Source: Nitrososphaerales archaeon
Lineage (GTDB): Archaea; Thermoproteota; Nitrososphaeria; Nitrososphaerales; CADDZS01
Length of the DNA stretch: 24,000 bases
NCBI GenBank assembly: GCA_030037995.1
Contig: JASHPQ010000110.1
Span: 9,945-33,944 of the forward strand
Direction of reading: 5' to 3'
The stretch's first letter is position 1; every line of letters starts with the position of its first letter. Shown here one piece after another: positions 22,171-24,000 of this stretch. Below the pieces are notes generated by a model. The model made no database searches. It worked only from the letters and a program-made list of their open reading frames with translations, and was not told where the DNA came from. The translations under genes and the position numbers were made by a program.

Positions 22171-24000
22171 ATGCCCGCTGGGACATCGAATTACCTGTAC
22201 GGCGCCTTTTCCATCTTTCTCCTGATTTTCCTCTACGGCGTCTACAGGAAGTACTCCATATACGGAATTGGCTGGAGGGAGATTTCCCAGAACACATCCA
22301 GACTCGTAAAAAACAGCCGTCGAATTATCTCCGATGGTTTAGGGCAGAGAAAGATCCTGCAGCGGAGATACGGCGGCCTAGAGCACTCTTGGATGTTCTA
22401 CGGTATCAGTGCGCTCACCGCTGGGACGATTATAGTGGCGATTGATTACGACATCCTCAGGCCGTTGGGAGTTGTCTTACTTCAGGGCGACTTCTATCTG
22501 GGATTCAAGACGTTTCTTGACATCTTCGGCCTCGTATTTGTGATATCTGTAGTATTGGCTCTCGCAAGACGAATTTCCTTCAAACCGTTCTTCATGGGCG
22601 AAGACAGAGCTGACAGATGGATCTTGCTTGGGCTGCTCTACATGGGCGTTTCCGGCTTCGTTCTGGAGGGCCTAGAGCTCGCGCTCATCCCGGTCCCATG
22701 GGCTTACTTCTCCCCTGTTGGATTGGTCTTCCAGCGGATGTTCATCTCGCTCGGCGCCGCCCCCTTGACTTTGGCCTATCAGGGATGGGTGAGCACCTAC
22801 CAGACGCTGTGGTGGATCCATGCCCTCATCGCTTTTTCCCTGATAGCCGCGATTCCGTATACCAAGTTCTTCCACGCCCCCAATGCTCTTGTGAATATGA
22901 TGATGAAAGATGAGACCCGGCCGCAGGGGAGGATGACTACTCCGTTCAACCTGGCGGAGATCATGAAGCAGCAAGAGTCCAATCCGGAGTTCATGCCAGA
23001 CCTCGCCGTCGGAATCAAGACGAGCAGCGATCTAAACTGGAGTCAGCGAGTGATGCTTGACGCCTGCACTAATTGCGGGAGGTGCGAAGCTGCATGCCCT
23101 GCCAATGCCGCCGGGAGGGATCTATCACCGAGACTTGTGGTTCAGGATCTGAAAAATCGCTACTACAAAGACGAGCAGCTGAAGAGAGGTAAGAAATCCG
23201 GAAATCGAGCTGCGACTGAAACGGATTTCTTTTCTAGCGGAACGATCCGGGACGCTGAAATGTACTCTTGCGTCACTTGCCTCGCCTGTGTGTACGAGTG
23301 TCCCGTCGACATCAATCAGCTGGACTTCATAAGCGACCTCAGGAGAACTGTGGTATCGTCGAACCGGCTGGCGCCGGATCAGAACATACTGCTCTCTAAT
23401 CTGGCTGCACATCAGAATCCTTACGGCTTCAGCAATTCGAACAGAGCCAACTGGACGTCTGGGCTGCCGGTGAAGACTCTGGCGGAGAATCCGCAGGCAG
23501 AATACCTCTACTGGGTGGGGTGCGTCTGCTCCTTTGACCAAAGGGCTCAGAGCATCGCGAAGGCTCTTGCTAAGATCATGACCTCTGCTGGCGTGTCCTT
23601 TGTCATTCTGGGTATTGAAGAAGCCTGCAATGGGGATCCTGCGAGACGGCTCGGAGAAGAAGGCAGATTCCAGGAGCTCGCCCTCCAAAACATCGAGAAG
23701 TTGAATGGTTCCTCTTCAAGGAAAATCATCACAAGCTGTCCCCACTGCTTCAACACGCTCAAGAACGAGTATCCCACCTTCGGCGGAAGCTACAAGGTCG
23801 TGCACCACACACAGCTCATTTCGGAGCTTATCGACTCGGGCAAGTTGAAAGTCTCTGATCAGAAGCTCAAGGAGATCTCGGTTACGCTTCACGACGCTTG
23901 CTACGCCGTCCGTTACAACAGCATTTTCGAGGAGCCTCGAAAGATCTTGGACGCAACGAATGCGACTCTAAAAGAGATGCACAGGTGCAAGGAGAAGACC
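22171..24000 (+). CDS. Membrane-anchored Fe-S oxidoreductase: N-terminal NarI/DsrM/HdrE-like polytopic domain fused to an HdrD/GlpC-like 2x[4Fe-4S] + CCG-type cysteine-rich domain. It is 3'-truncated by the window edge.
   Basis: It is absent from the ORF track because no stop lies within the window. My translation in the frame of ATG 22171 is open to position 24000. About 5 hydrophobic helices are present (e.g. 'YLYGAFSIFLLIFLYGVY', 'EHSWMFYGISALTAGTIIVAI', 'LWWIHALIAFSLIAAIPY'). They are followed by 'CTNCGRCEAACP', 'CVTCLACVYECP', 'YWVGCVCSF', 'EEACNGDP' and 'TSCPHCFNT'. TTG 22093 is an alternative start. Confidence 0.85.
   Translation, partial: MPAGTSNYLYGAFSIFLLIFLYGVYRKYSIYGIGWREISQNTSRLVKNSRRIISDGLGQRKILQRRYGGLEHSWMFYGISALTAGTIIVAIDYDILRPLGVVLLQGDFYLGFKTFLDIFGLVFVISVVLALARRISFKPFFMGEDRADRWILLGLLYMGVSGFVLEGLELALIPVPWAYFSPVGLVFQRMFISLGAAPLTLAYQGWVSTYQTLWWIHALIAFSLIAAIPYTKFFHAPNALVNMMMKDETRPQGRMTTPFNLAEIMKQQESNPEFMPDLAVGIKTSSDLNWSQRVMLDACTNCGRCEAACPANAAGRDLSPRLVVQDLKNRYYKDEQLKRGKKSGNRAATETDFFSSGTIRDAEMYSCVTCLACVYECPVDINQLDFISDLRRTVVSSNRLAPDQNILLSNLAAHQNPYGFSNSNRANWTSGLPVKTLAENPQAEYLYWVGCVCSFDQRAQSIAKALAKIMTSAGVSFVILGIEEACNGDPARRLGEEGRFQELALQNIEKLNGSSSRKIITSCPHCFNTLKNEYPTFGGSYKVVHHTQLISELIDSGKLKVSDQKLKEISVTLHDACYAVRYNSIFEEPRKILDATNATLKEMHRCKEKT

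Noticed and set aside
23125-23688. 187-aa minus-strand ORF, together with the 22617-23018 ORFs.
   Set aside because: They lie antisense or out of frame within the long open frame (22171 to beyond 24000). That frame encodes clear ferredoxin and CCG motifs and transmembrane helices.
1-24000. Scan for CRISPR arrays, tRNA/rRNA genes, IS elements, integrases and long direct or inverted repeats.
   Set aside because: I saw no regularly spaced direct repeats, no tRNA T-arm/acceptor patterns, no transposase- or integrase-like ORFs and no long terminal repeats. The scan was visual only, so short or degenerate elements could have been missed.

Overview
The window is gene-dense, with about 27 supportable CDSs. 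I found no rRNA, tRNA, CRISPR array or recognisable mobile element. AGA/AGG-rich codon usage, AT-rich TATA-like boxes about 25-50 nt upstream of starts, oligo-T tracts after genes, a split B12 mutase and many TTG/GTG starts suggest an archaeal chromosome. Lineage cannot be proven from sequence alone.

The main theme is short-chain and branched-chain acyl-CoA metabolism:
- A methylmalonyl-CoA mutase catalytic subunit with its MeaB chaperone (4.4-7.0 kb).
- A biotin carboxylase operon in the order pccB-accC-accB (7.9-11.5 kb), with a biotin-protein ligase at 13.8 kb.
- A second mutase catalytic paralog with a B12-binding subunit (14.8-17.1 kb).
- An acyl-CoA dehydrogenase, EtfB, EtfA and a membrane Fe-S oxidoreductase (19.0 kb to the window end).

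Other genes are a partial ilvD, a glutaredoxin-like protein, a large GltA-type citrate synthase, a VOC-fold protein, an HExxH protein, an alpha/beta hydrolase, a tRNA-binding OB-fold protein, a family-4 UDG and an M24 peptidase. A small accessory islet at 11.6-13.7 kb holds an AbrB-PIN toxin-antitoxin pair, a basic hypothetical protein and a Zn-ribbon/PH-like/winged-helix protein.

The most interesting signals are:
1. The second mutase paralog has the Phe/Gln substrate-pocket signature of isobutyryl-CoA-type mutases rather than the Tyr/Arg of methylmalonyl-CoA mutase.
2. The uncharacterised Zn-ribbon + PH-like + winged-helix protein.
3. The ACAD-EtfBA-NarI/HdrD-like module.
4. An unexplained ORF-poor gap of about 500 bp at 567-1092.

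All family calls come from motif recognition by eye. No searches were run, and start codons are often uncertain.
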